A DNA stretch of 64,000 nucleotides from Eledone cirrhosa (Eukaryota), in contig OZ024745.1 of NCBI GenBank assembly GCA_964016885.1, forward strand, positions 90,458,001-90,522,000, in the 5' to 3' direction. The translations under genes were made by a program, and so were the position numbers. The first letter of the stretch is position 1. Every line of letters begins with the position of its first letter. Of the stretch, positions 16,095-27,772 are shown one piece after another. The notes under the pieces were generated by a model. It was not told the origin of the DNA, did no database searches, and was given only the letters and a program-made list of their open reading frames with translations.

Positions 16095-19016
16095 ATAACA
16101 ATAACAATAATAATAATAATACACAAGACTAACATAATTCTCAAAAACATTATCATCACAAACAAACTAAGCATTACTGACTTAAATCATCTCTATTATG
16201 CATCGGCTAAAGTCACCACTCACTTATGTGGAGTGAAGATGAAAAAACAAAGGAATTCCCACAAGAAATCTACTTGGCAAGATAACATCAATCGCCAAAT
16301 AAACCTTCTCCGATCTGACATAGAAATTTTAACAAACTATAAAGTAGGTGAACATGTTAAACAAACTAAACTTAGAAAATTGAAAAAAAAGTACAGTATA
16401 AGATCAACATGTGACATAGACATGCTGATAGAAACAATCAAGCAAAAAGTGTCGGCCAAAGCTGCTCGTATAAGGCGCTTTGAAAAACGATCTAGATTCT
16501 ATAAGGACAATAATATGTTCAAAAACAACCAAAGAAACTTCTACAGAAAAATTGGTAAGTCAACAATAACTGCTAAATCAATACCACCCAAGGAGGAAGT
16601 GCAAGAATTCTGGGAAAAGATCTGGGCCGAAGAAAAAGTTCATAACATACATGCCCCATGGATAGACAGACAAATGAAAGAAACAGCTCACCTTGAAGAA
16701 CAAACATGGGAAAATATAACAGTTGAACAGCTGCGCTTGGCTCTAAGAAAAACCAGCAAATGGAAATCCCCAGGAAAAGACAAAATACAAAACTTTTGGA
16801 TAAATGCCTTCACAGAGTCTCATGAGCTGTTAGCCCAACTTTACAATGAAATAATTAAGGAGCCAGAAAAGATACCATCATGGCTAGTTAACGGCATTAC
16901 ATTCCTGCTACCGAAGAATGATGAGACAAACAATCCCCAAAATTACAGACCGATAACCTGCTTGACCACAATGTATAAAATTTTAACATCAGTCCTAACT
17001 GAATACACATATGTCCACCTGATAACAAATGACCTATTTCCCATTGAGCAGAAAGGGTGTAAACGAGGCTCATATGGCTGTAAGGATCAGCTTCTGGTTA
17101 ACAAAATGATACTGGAAGATTGTCATAATAGACACAAAAATCTATCGATTGCTTGGATAGATTATAAAAAAGCATTTGATAGTTTGCCACACAGTTGGAT
17201 TGAAAAATGTTTAGAGATTTTCAAAATATCCCCCGTTATCAGGAGGTTTTTGTCATTCAGTATGAGGGCATGGAGAACGACACTCCTTTTGAATAGTGAA
17301 ACAAAATCACTGGAAGCTGGAGAAGTTAACATTAATTGTGGAATTTTTCAGGGTGACTCTTTATCACCGCTTTTATTCTGCATCGCACTTATACCATTAA
17401 GTAAAATGCTCAATGAAACAAAACATGGATATAGAGTCTATGACAAAACCATTAATCACCTGTTCTACATGGATGACCTGAAACTTTTTGCAAAAAATGA
17501 TGAACAATTGCAAGGGCTATTATCCACTGTGAAGCAGTTCAGTGATGACATTAAAATGGAGTTTGGACTGGATAAATGCGCCAAAGCAACGTTCACCAGA
17601 GGAAAGCTGCTGAAGAGTTCAGACATTAATCTTGATCGGGGGAACGTGATAAGAGAGCTTGATCAAGAACAAACTTACAAATATCTAGGTGTTTGTGAAG
17701 GAGACGGAATCAAGCACTCGACAATGAGGGAAAGGATAAGGAAGGAATGTTACCGCAGAGTCAGAGCAATCTTAAGAACGGAATTGAATGCAAGGAATAG
17801 GATCGATGCCATAAACACGCTTGCCATACCAGTAGTAACCTACAGTTACAATGTCATCAACTGGTCAAGCACAGAGATCCGTAGGCTCGATACAAAAATC
17901 CGAAAATTCTTAACCATGCACAGAATGCATCACCCTAAGGCAGACATAGATAGAATATATCTCCCTAGGAAAGAAGGAGGACGTGGGTTAATCCAGTTAG
18001 ACATTGCGTTGAAAACTGCAACAATTGGATTATCCACATATCTAAGGGAATCACATGATTGGATGATCAAACTCGTTTTGAAACACGAAAGCACCAAAAG
18101 ATCATATTCCATTACAAAAGATGCACAAAGATACAGTAATGGACTACAAATTTCAGAAGTCCCATTTACTGCTGAAATGGAAAACACAGAAAAAGCAAAG
18201 CAGGTAAAAGTAACTGCAAAGAAAGAACTGCTACAGAAACTGGCTAAGAAATGGCAAGAAAAGCCTCTGTATGGAAAATACCCAGAGCGAGCTAACAATC
18301 CTGATGTTGACAAAACTTTAACCCATCAGTGGTTGGCATCCTCTGGACTGAAATCGGAGACTGAAGGACTGATTATATCCGCACAAGATCAGTGTCTGCC
18401 AACAAAAAATTACCAAGCCAACATAATAAAAAATGGGTGCAGCCCATTATGCCGTGTATGCAAAAAACAACCAGAGACCATTGACCATATAATTTCAATG
18501 TGCAGTCCTATAGCTCCAACCGAATACCTAAACAGGCATGACAGAGCTGCACAATACATACATTGGATAATGTGCAAGCATTTTGACCTGCCCCATCAAA
18601 AGAATTGGTGGGAGCATCAACCACCTCCCATACTTGAAAAAGATCACATCTCAATCTTGTGGAACTTTAGCATCCAAACAGACCGAAAAATAGATGCAAA
18701 TAGACCTGATATAATATTGAAGGACTTTCAAAGGAGGGTATGCCTGCTAATTGATATGTCTGTTCCAATAGACAAGAATGTATCTATAAAAACATTTGAA
18801 AAATTGAGCAAGTATAAGGACCTGGAGATAGAAATTGGAAAAATGTGGAAATTGAGAACTAAAACAATACCAGTGGCTGTAGGCGCTCTGGGAATGATAC
18901 CTAAGGGGTCTAACGACTACTTATCGCAAATCCCAGGAAACCCGCGTATAGGAGAAATACAAAAGATAGTACTAATGGGAACTGCCCATATACTAAGGAA
19001 GATCCTGTCAATATAA
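16077..19016 (+). CDS. Chimeric ORF: family-A 3' UTR ATG + poly-Ile spacer + family-B complete RT and RLE domains (979 aa)
   Basis: Uninterrupted in the ORF track; all RT motifs, CCHC and PD-D present. Confidence 0.6.
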   Translation: MTEIQGITITIIIIIHKTNIILKNIIITNKLSITDLNHLYYASAKVTTHLCGVKMKKQRNSHKKSTWQDNINRQINLLRSDIEILTNYKVGEHVKQTKLRKLKKKYSIRSTCDIDMLIETIKQKVSAKAARIRRFEKRSRFYKDNNMFKNNQRNFYRKIGKSTITAKSIPPKEEVQEFWEKIWAEEKVHNIHAPWIDRQMKETAHLEEQTWENITVEQLRLALRKTSKWKSPGKDKIQNFWINAFTESHELLAQLYNEIIKEPEKIPSWLVNGITFLLPKNDETNNPQNYRPITCLTTMYKILTSVLTEYTYVHLITNDLFPIEQKGCKRGSYGCKDQLLVNKMILEDCHNRHKNLSIAWIDYKKAFDSLPHSWIEKCLEIFKISPVIRRFLSFSMRAWRTTLLLNSETKSLEAGEVNINCGIFQGDSLSPLLFCIALIPLSKMLNETKHGYRVYDKTINHLFYMDDLKLFAKNDEQLQGLLSTVKQFSDDIKMEFGLDKCAKATFTRGKLLKSSDINLDRGNVIRELDQEQTYKYLGVCEGDGIKHSTMRERIRKECYRRVRAILRTELNARNRIDAINTLAIPVVTYSYNVINWSSTEIRRLDTKIRKFLTMHRMHHPKADIDRIYLPRKEGGRGLIQLDIALKTATIGLSTYLRESHDWMIKLVLKHESTKRSYSITKDAQRYSNGLQISEVPFTAEMENTEKAKQVKVTAKKELLQKLAKKWQEKPLYGKYPERANNPDVDKTLTHQWLASSGLKSETEGLIISAQDQCLPTKNYQANIIKNGCSPLCRVCKKQPETIDHIISMCSPIAPTEYLNRHDRAAQYIHWIMCKHFDLPHQKNWWEHQPPPILEKDHISILWNFSIQTDRKIDANRPDIILKDFQRRVCLLIDMSVPIDKNVSIKTFEKLSKYKDLEIEIGKMWKLRTKTIPVAVGALGMIPKGSNDYLSQIPGNPRIGEIQKIVLMGTAHILRKILSI

Positions 19017-19156
19017 GTACATCACAAGTCTAAACACTAAGGATGCATGTGTGAATATGTGTGTTCTTTCTTGAACATGGCGGACCTTGTTGTCTCTTGA
19101 GGTCACTGGTTGTGACTTGGTGATAACTCGTATAAACATAAAGCAAGATAAATGCA
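16121..19156 (+). mobile_element. R4/Dong-type RLE retrotransposon, family B, copy B1 (5'-truncated, remaining ORF open)
   Basis: Distinct protein (HLFYMDD, CRVCKKQPETIDHIISMC, RHD, NRPDII) with its own 3' UTR and a (TAA)n tail. Confidence 0.9.
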
Positions 19157-19182
19157 AATAATAATAATAATAATAATAATAA

Positions 19183-22100
19183 GGGAAGAAGACGCACGAG
19201 GTGACGGAGGTCATGAAATCGCTCCCGTAAGTTTTGAATTTTTAACATATTTAAACCATTTGTGAAATAACAACTCTTAGTACAAATGCTACGTAAAGCA
19301 CCCGGCTTGAGCCCCAAAAAAATTCGGACCCAAAATATATTGTTATAAGGCTCAAATATTCAAATATTCAACTTTGTATTGTACACTGTATATCCAAAAA
19401 ATAAAATGGCTATAAATGGAAGAAGAACCCCTCCCCTCCTCTCCTCTGGCTACACTATATAGGACAGCTAAACTCACCAACACCAGAAACTAGATACACC
19501 ACCCACCCCATCATCTGTGTACACTAAACACAACAGCCAGATAACGACACATTTTCACCTTCACCGCCACCGCTCACTACGGCCATCATTGCCACCACTA
19601 TCCCATCACCGGCGCCGCCACCCCTTGACTCCGCTACAGCACCATCACTACAGTAATACGGTCACATCAACGCCACCGCTGCCTCGGTATCGACATCACC
19701 ACCACCACTGTCTCAGTATCGCTGGCGCCGCCAGTCTCCCACTTCCCTGCTGGCTGCTACTTCCACATTATAGAATTCCTACTACTAACAAAGAGGAAGG
19801 CATCAAAATATATAGATAGACCCAAAAGAAAAAAGAAAAAACAAACAACAAAACCAAAGCAGCACAGCAACAACAGCAAAAAACGAGAAAAACAAACAGA
19901 GAAAAACAAAAACAAAAAAAAGAAACCCCAAAAACGTAAAGAAAATAAGAATGAAGAGAGAAGCAGGCGGACGGACAGAGAAGAGGGGGGAAAAAGTAAA
20001 ACTTAAAAAACTAAAACTAAGTCAGACATTCGAACACTACATTACAATGAAACATATGCTTATTCATTTTGGGGGCCCTTTCTGCCTGTGTGTTTGTTTG
20101 TTTATGTGTGTTCGTATACAGCGTGGTGATAATGCCACACAAGGGCCAAGTGGGATGGCGGATCCACAGATGGCTATGTAAACATACATTCGCCAATCCT
20201 CGATAAGAGTGTTTAAATATCGAACATAAACAGTTCGAATAACGGTGAAATGAAGACTAGAACGTCATGTGACAGACTCTCACCCAACAGGTGCCCCCTG
20301 GCTCAGCAGCAGGAACCTGACTGTCAACCAAATACTGCTGATGTTGGAGGAAGGAGAAGAAGGAAAGGGGCCAGAACCAACTGGACGAAAGAATTGAATA
20401 GAACTGTTATGCAATGCTACCTGAAAAGTAACCCCAAGGAGAGGGGCTACAGGAGACGGATGCATAACATCTGGAACGAGATTGGTTTATTTAAATTAGA
20501 TGAACAAAAATTGGCCGGGCAGGCTCGGGTAATAAGAACTAATGGGTGGATAAGCGAGCTGGAACTGGAGGAACTGAGCAGAGAGAATGGCTTGGAGATG
20601 GCGGGTGTAGTATGCCAGACAAGCGAGCCGGTGGGAAATGATGGTGAGGAGGTCCTGAGAACGGAGGAACCACCCGAAGCAGACAATGATCTGAGTACTG
20701 AGATAAATAATACCTGGAACAGAGATGCGGCCACTGAGGAGATGAATGCTGACGGGCTAGGACAAGATTCGGTTGACATCCTAAATTTAGTGGTAGATGA
20801 ATTGAACAATGAAAGTGGGAGACCTATGAACCTAAGATTTGTAGACAGGAAAAAGTTAAAAGAAACAACAGCTAAGGTAAACAAAGTCATCCCATACCTT
20901 GAGGCGAGGAGCCTTCACCAGTGCAACAATATCCTCAGAGCAACAGCAAATACGGTGAGGAAACTACTTGGTATAAAAGCGAGAGGAAACAACAGACAAG
21001 AAAGAGCAGAGCCGTGGTGGAAGAAGCGACTGAGTGGGCAAATCGGGGAAATGAGAAATGACATAGGAAAGCTTGAGTCACTACTGAATGGGACACTAAA
21101 AAACATAGGCACTAAAAATAGACTGGAAATAAAATACAAAACTAGGAGTAAAAAGCTAAATATTATCATAGAGGAATTGAAGCAACGCATTGTAGCAAAG
21201 AGTGCAAAAATCAGGCGATACGAGAACAGAGTCAGTCAGTATAAACAGAACCGCATGTTCGACAACAACCAGAAGATGCTGTTTGGACAGCTTGAGGGCA
21301 AAGAAAGAGGCAACGACTTGATCCCTGGGGCGGAGCAAACTAAAACATTCTGGAGAGGAATATGGGAGCAGGATGTTAGACACAATGCCCAGGCAGGGTG
21401 GATTGAGACAGTACAGAGGGAGATCGGTGAGCAGGCACAGCAACAGACTGATTTGAGTATCACAGTTGAAACTCTTAAGGGGCAAGCCAAAAAACTAACC
21501 AACTGGAAATCACCAGGCCCAGATGGTGTGCAGGGGTATTGGATTAAACATCTAACATCCCTCCACCCGAAGCTGACGGCCATGTTCAATGACTGCTTGG
21601 TGTCGGGTGAGGTGCCAGAGTGGTTGACAAAAGGTACCATAGTTCTGATAATGAAAGACCGAATCAAGGGTAATGATGCTACCAACTATAGACCTATCAC
21701 ATGTCTGCCCGTAATGTGGAAACTGTTGACGAGCATTGTGTCTGAGGAAATCTACCATCACCTCCACACAAACAACTTGTTACCGGACGAACAGAAAGGA
21801 TGCCGAAAGAAGTCATGTGGTACAAAGGACCAGTTGCTTATTGATAAGATGGTAATGGGGAATTGCAGGAGGAGACACACTGATCTTGCCATGGGATGGA
21901 TAGACTACAGAAAGGCATTTGACATGGTGCCTCATTCCTGGATCACCAAAAGCCTGGAGATCTTCAGGGTGGCAGATAACATCAGACAGTTGCTAGGCAG
22001 GAGTATGGGGTCCTGGGAGACAGAGTTGACATCAACTGGAGTATCCTTGGGAAGCGTGAAGATCAAGAGAGGTATCTTCCAGGGAGATAGCCTGTCCCCT

Positions 22101-23717
22101 CTGTTGTTTGTCCTTGCCCTGATGCCCTTGACCATTATGCTGCGAAAAGTGAGAGCAGGATACAAGTTGGGAAGGGGAGAGCTTACCATCAATCACCTCC
22201 TCTTCATGGACGATCTTAAGCTCTTCGGGAAAAGTGAGAAGGAGTTGGATGTGCTTGTTGACACTGTCCGTATTTTCAGCAGTGATATATGTATGCAGTT
22301 TGGTATTGGTAAATGTGGAGTCATTGTGATGAAGAGGGGTAGGTTGAGCAGAAGTAACGGGATCCAGATACCAACAGGTGAGATGATAAAGGAAATTGAC
22401 TCTGAGGAAGGATACAAGTATTTGGGCGTTCTGGAGGCTGATGGCATAAAGAACAAAAAAATGAAGGAATTGTTAAGAACTGAATACATTCGGAGAGTAA
22501 GGAGCGTATTGAAGTCACATCTGAACAGCAGAAATGCCATAAGCGCAGTAAATTCCCGAGCTGTGTCTATTATTAGGTACAGTGCGGGAATTCTGAGATG
22601 GAATGTTGCTGAACAGAAAGAAATGGATAGGAAGACTAGGAAGCTATTGACTATCTACAACATGTTCCACAAGAGGAGTGATGTCGATAGACTCTACCTA
22701 AGGAGATCTGAGGGTGGAAGAGGTCTTATCAGCATAGAGGACTGTGTTCGGATGGAGAAAAACAACCTATACAAATACGTGACCTATAGTAAGGAGCCAA
22801 TGCTCAGAACTGTACTGAAGGAGGGGACAGTAGGCCAGGGGATGTCCAGGGAAGAAATAACATCAAGGAGGAAGAGCAGCCTTAAGGGAAAACCCCTTCA
22901 TAGTACCTTCTTTGAGAAAACTGAATTTAGAGATCCACAGACATGGAACTGGTTGAGAAGAGGAGACCTCAAAAAGGCTACAGAAGGAATGCTAATGGCT
23001 GCGCAGGAGCAGGCCCTCAAAACGAAGTGGTTGAAGCACCATATCTACAAGGACGAGGCTAGCCCACTGTGCAGGATCTGTGGAGAGAGAGAGGAGACTG
23101 TGGCTCACATTGTGTCCGAGTGTAAACACCTAGCCCAGACCCACTATAAGGGCTGGAGACACGATGTGATGGGCAGGGTGATCCACTGGCACCTGTGCAA
23201 AGTAAACAATCTACCACATTCTGAGAAATGGTATGAGCATAGGCCAGAGGCGGTGATGGAGAACAATCAGGTGAAGGTGCTGTGGGATTTTAGGATACAG
23301 ACGGACAAAAAACTGGAACACAATAGACCTGACCTGGTGGTTGTGGACAAAGAAAAAAGATCGTGCCTGATTGTGGATGTGGCCTGCCCGTTCGACACGA
23401 GAGTGCAAGAGAAGGAGAGGGAGAAAATTAACCGATACCAGGACCTAAAGTGGGAGGTGAAAAGGATTTGGAACTGCCATGAAGTCAAAGTGATCCCGAT
23501 TGTCATAGGCGCACTGGGGACTATCTCCAAAAGTTTCCAGGGATGGTTAAAGAAAATCGGCCCCTTCACGCTTTTTGGAACGCTTCAAAAGGCATGCTTG
23601 CTTGGAACAGCAAGAACCCTCCGATACGTCCTGAATATCTGAGGCTGCAGGTAGTGGCTTGATATTCAATCCAACGGACTTTCCAATTAACCAACATCAA
23701 TGACTGAGATTCAGGGA
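19183..23717 (+). mobile_element. Family A copy A6, full-length intact element (~4.5 kb, ~1.07-kb 5' UTR)
   Basis: 5' end shared with A4; single uninterrupted ORF; (TAA)n at both ends. Confidence 0.95.
20250..23642 (+). CDS. Single-ORF polyprotein: N-terminal R4-type (Myb-like) region, reverse transcriptase, CCHC knuckle, restriction-like endonuclease (1130 aa)
   Basis: RTNWTKELNRTVMQCY; KSPGPDG; YRPITCL; QKGC; IDYRKAFD; GIFQGDSLSPLLF; HLLFMDD; CRICGEREETVAHIVSEC; RHD; RPDL..VDVACP; KINRY. Confidence 0.95.
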   Translation: MKTRTSCDRLSPNRCPLAQQQEPDCQPNTADVGGRRRRKGARTNWTKELNRTVMQCYLKSNPKERGYRRRMHNIWNEIGLFKLDEQKLAGQARVIRTNGWISELELEELSRENGLEMAGVVCQTSEPVGNDGEEVLRTEEPPEADNDLSTEINNTWNRDAATEEMNADGLGQDSVDILNLVVDELNNESGRPMNLRFVDRKKLKETTAKVNKVIPYLEARSLHQCNNILRATANTVRKLLGIKARGNNRQERAEPWWKKRLSGQIGEMRNDIGKLESLLNGTLKNIGTKNRLEIKYKTRSKKLNIIIEELKQRIVAKSAKIRRYENRVSQYKQNRMFDNNQKMLFGQLEGKERGNDLIPGAEQTKTFWRGIWEQDVRHNAQAGWIETVQREIGEQAQQQTDLSITVETLKGQAKKLTNWKSPGPDGVQGYWIKHLTSLHPKLTAMFNDCLVSGEVPEWLTKGTIVLIMKDRIKGNDATNYRPITCLPVMWKLLTSIVSEEIYHHLHTNNLLPDEQKGCRKKSCGTKDQLLIDKMVMGNCRRRHTDLAMGWIDYRKAFDMVPHSWITKSLEIFRVADNIRQLLGRSMGSWETELTSTGVSLGSVKIKRGIFQGDSLSPLLFVLALMPLTIMLRKVRAGYKLGRGELTINHLLFMDDLKLFGKSEKELDVLVDTVRIFSSDICMQFGIGKCGVIVMKRGRLSRSNGIQIPTGEMIKEIDSEEGYKYLGVLEADGIKNKKMKELLRTEYIRRVRSVLKSHLNSRNAISAVNSRAVSIIRYSAGILRWNVAEQKEMDRKTRKLLTIYNMFHKRSDVDRLYLRRSEGGRGLISIEDCVRMEKNNLYKYVTYSKEPMLRTVLKEGTVGQGMSREEITSRRKSSLKGKPLHSTFFEKTEFRDPQTWNWLRRGDLKKATEGMLMAAQEQALKTKWLKHHIYKDEASPLCRICGEREETVAHIVSECKHLAQTHYKGWRHDVMGRVIHWHLCKVNNLPHSEKWYEHRPEAVMENNQVKVLWDFRIQTDKKLEHNRPDLVVVDKEKRSCLIVDVACPFDTRVQEKEREKINRYQDLKWEVKRIWNCHEVKVIPIVIGALGTISKSFQGWLKKIGPFTLFGTLQKACLLGTARTLRYVLNI

Positions 23718-23755
23718 ATAACAACAATAATAATAATAATAATAATAATAATAAT

Positions 23756-26700
23756 CACTTCGGAGCTGGAGACCTCCCATAACCGGAATACTCCTACTGT
23801 TGGCCCTCCATGCTCACCACCAAGAAATCCAAAGAAAAAGAGAGAAAAATGGTAAAGGGAAGATAATAAAGAAGTCCTTGAGGCTTTCTACACTGCCATG
23901 TACTACCCATCAAATACATCGAATACAGAACAGACATATATCAACTGGAAAAAGAAACATCCCGAAAACAGAGGCTATATTGACAGTAACAAACTAGCCA
24001 ATATACGAAGAAATATTGTAAGAAAAAAGTTACTAACTGATATGGAAATTGATCAGATCAAGCTATTAGCACAAAGTCAGCGAAGGGAAAATGAAACATG
24101 TGTCAGTGAAAACGAGGTAAACTGTAACACTTCGAACCCCAGGGTTGGGGCGGAATCACTGGCAACAGAACAAATTAAAGAAAGGATCGAAAAAGTGGAG
24201 GGAGTTCATGCTCAGGATGAAACTCCAAATGAAAATAATGAGATCGTAAATGATAAAGAAATGAATGAGAATTAACTTGCCAACTTGAAGGATGAAATTA
24301 TGATCGAATGGATGAAAATGAAAGAATCTGACATGGGGCAACGAGACACCCTCCCTAAGATCCAGAACTTCAAACAGAACCAAAAGATAATACACAAGAC
24401 TAACATAATTCTCAAAAACATTATCATCACAAACAAACTAAACATTACTGATTTAAATCATCTCTATTATGCATCGGCTAAAGTCACCACTCACTTATGT
24501 GGAGTGAAGATGAAAAAACAAAGGAATTCCCACAAGAAATCTACTTGGCAAGAGAACATCAATCGCCAAATAAACCTTCTCCGATCTGACATAGAAATTT
24601 TAACAAACTATAAAGTAGGTGAACATGTTAAACAAACTAAACTTAGAAAATTGAAAAAAAAGTACAGTATAAAATCAACATGTGACATAGACATGCTGAT
24701 AGAAATAATTAAGCAAAAAGTGTCGGCCAAAGCTGCTCGTATAAGGCGCTTTGAAAAACGATCTAGATTCTATAAGGACAATAATATGTTCAAAAACAAC
24801 CAAAGAAACTTCTACAGAAAAATTGGTAAGTCAACAATAACTGCTAAATCAATACCACCCAAGGAGGAAGTGCAAGAATTCTGGGAAAAGATCTGGGCCG
24901 AAGAAAAAGTTCATAACATACATGCCCCATGGATAGACAGACAAATGAAAGATACAGCTCACCTTGAGGAACAAATATGGGAAAATATAACAGTTGAACA
25001 GTTGCGCTTGGCTCTAAGAAAAACCAGCAAATGGAAATCTCCAGGAAAAGACAAAAATACAAAACTTTTGGATAAATGCCTTCACAGAGTCTCATGAGCT
25101 GTTAGCCCAACTTTACAATGAAATAGTTACGGAGCCAGAAAAGATACCATCATGGCTAGTTAACGGCATTACATTCCTGCTTCCGAAGAATGATGAGACA
25201 AACAATCCCAAAAATTACAGACCGATAACTTGCTTGACCACAATGTATAAAATTTTAACATCAGTCCTAACTGAATACACATATGACCACCTGATAACAA
25301 ATGACCTATTTCCCATTGAGCAGAAAGGGTGTAAACGAGGCTCATATGGCTGTAAGGATCAGCTTCTGGTTAACAAAATGATACTGGAAGATTGTCATAA
25401 TAGACACAAAAATCTATCGATTGCTTGGATAGATTATAAAAAAGCATTCGATAGTTTGCCACACAGTTGGATTGAAAAATGTTTAGAGATTTTCAAAATA
25501 TCCCCCGTTGTCAGGAGGTTTTTGTCATTCACAATGAAGACATGGAAAACGACACTCCTTTTGAATAGTGAAACAAAATCACTGGAAGCTGGAGAAGTTA
25601 ATATTAATTGTGGAATTTTTCAGGGTGACTCTTTATCACCGCTTTTATTCTGCATCGCACTTATACCATTAAGTAAAATGCTCAATGAAACAAAACATGG
25701 ATATAAAGTCTATGACAAAACCATTAATCACCTGTTCTACATGGATGACCTGAAACTATTTGCAAAAAATGATGAACAATTGCAAGGGCTATTATCCACT
25801 GTGGAGCAGTTCAGTGATGACATTAAAATGGAGTTTGGACTAGATAAATGCGCCAAAGCAACGTTCACCAGAGGAAAGCTGCTGAAGAGTTCAGACATTA
25901 ATCTTGATCGGGGGAACGTGATAAGAGAACTTGATCAAGAAAAAACTTACAAATATCTAGGTGTTTGTGAAGGAGACGGAATCAAGCACTCGACAATGAG
26001 GGAAAGGATAAGGAAGGAATGTTACCGCAGAGTCAGAGCAATCTTAAGAACGGAATTGAATGCAAGGAATAGGATCGATGCCATAAACACGCTTGCCATA
26101 CCAGTAGTAACCTACAGTTACAATGCCATCAACTGGTCAAGCACAGAGATCCGTAGGCTCGATACAAAAATTCGAAAATTCTTAACCATGCGCAGAATGC
26201 ATCACCCTAAGGCAGATATAGATAGAATATATCTCCCTAGGAAAGAAGGAGGACGTGGGTTAATCCAGTTAGACATTGCGTTGAAAACTGCAACAATTGG
26301 ATTATCTACATATCTAAGGGAATCACATGATTGGATGATCAAACTCGTTTTGAAACACGAAAGCATCAAAAGATCATATTCCATTACAAAAGATGCACAA
26401 AGATACAGTAATGGACTACAAATTTCAGAAGTCCCATTTACTGCTGAAATGGAAAACACAGAAAAAGCAAAGCAGGTAAAAGTAACTGCAAAGAAAGAAC
26501 TGCTACAGAAACTGGCTAAGAAATGGCAAGAAAAGCCTCTGTATGGAAAATACCCAGAGCGAGCTAACAATCCTGATGTTGACAAAACTTTAACCCATCA
26601 GTGGTTGGCATCCTCTGGACTGAAATCGGAGACTGAAGGACTGATTATATCAGCACAAGATCAGTGTCTGCCAACAAAAAATTACCAAGCCAACATAATA

Positions 26701-27430
26701 AAAAATGGATGCAGCCCATTATGCCGTGTATGCAAAAAACAACCAGAGACCATTGACCATATAATTTCAATGTGCAGTCCTATAGCTCCAACCGAATACC
26801 TAAACAGGCATGACAGAGCTGCACAATACATACATTGGATAATGTGCAAGCATTTTGACCTGCCCCATCAAAAGAATTGGTGGGAGCATCAACCACTCCC
26901 ATACTTGAAAAAGATCACATCTCAATCTTGTGGAGCTTTAGCATCCAAACAGACCGAAAAATAGATGCAAATAGACCTGATATAATATTGAAGGACTTTA
27001 AAAAGAGGGTATGCCTGCTAATTGATGTGTCTGTTCCAATAGACCAGAATGTATCTATAAAAACATTTGAAAAATTGAGCAAGTATAAGGACCTGGAGAT
27101 AGAAATTGGAAAAATGTGGAAATTGAGAACTAAAACAATACCAGTGGTTGTAGGCGCTCTGGGAATGATACCTAAGGGGTCTAATGATTACTTATCGCAG
27201 ATCCCAGGAAACCCGCGTATAGGAGAAATACAAAAGATAGTACTAATGGGAACTGCCCATAGACTAAGGAAGATACTGTCAATATAAGTACATCACAAGT
27301 CTAAACACTAAAGATGCATGTGTGAGTATGTATGTTCTTCCTTGAACATGGCGGACCTTGTTGTCTCTTGAGGTCACTGGTTGTGACTTGGTGATAACTC
27401 GAATGAACATAAAGCAAGATAAATGCAACT

Positions 27431-27432
<2 letters not shown>
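23756..27432 (+). mobile_element. Family B copy B2 (longer 5' end, nonsense codons and frameshifts)
   Basis: Very similar to B1 over the shared length. Extra N-terminus KKREKW*REDNKEVLEAFYTAMYY; ORF fragments span 23898-27287. Confidence 0.9.
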
Positions 27433-27491
<59 letters not shown>

Positions 27492-27772
27492 TTTCTTTAT
27501 TGGCCACAAGGGCTGACATCAAGAAAAACATCACAGACTGAACAGGACGGTACGATGTGGGTTTTGTACGTGTAAATATTTTTATTATTTATATAAGAAA
27601 AGAAAAAAGACATAAAACATATATATATATAAACAATAAAATGAAAATTGAAACAATGAAAAATTCCCCAATAGGGGGAAACCTCCGAGGGTTACTCGTG
27701 GCGAAAACCACACAAAAGACCACGGCCACCCTGACTACCAGGGCAAGCGCCCTCTCTCAATTTTTCCATCTC

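Noticed and set aside
19183-19320. HDV-like ribozyme at the 5' end of family A
   Set aside because: Only a short ggga/tccc pairing is visible; I could not build the P1-P2-P3-P1.1-P4 nested pseudoknot.
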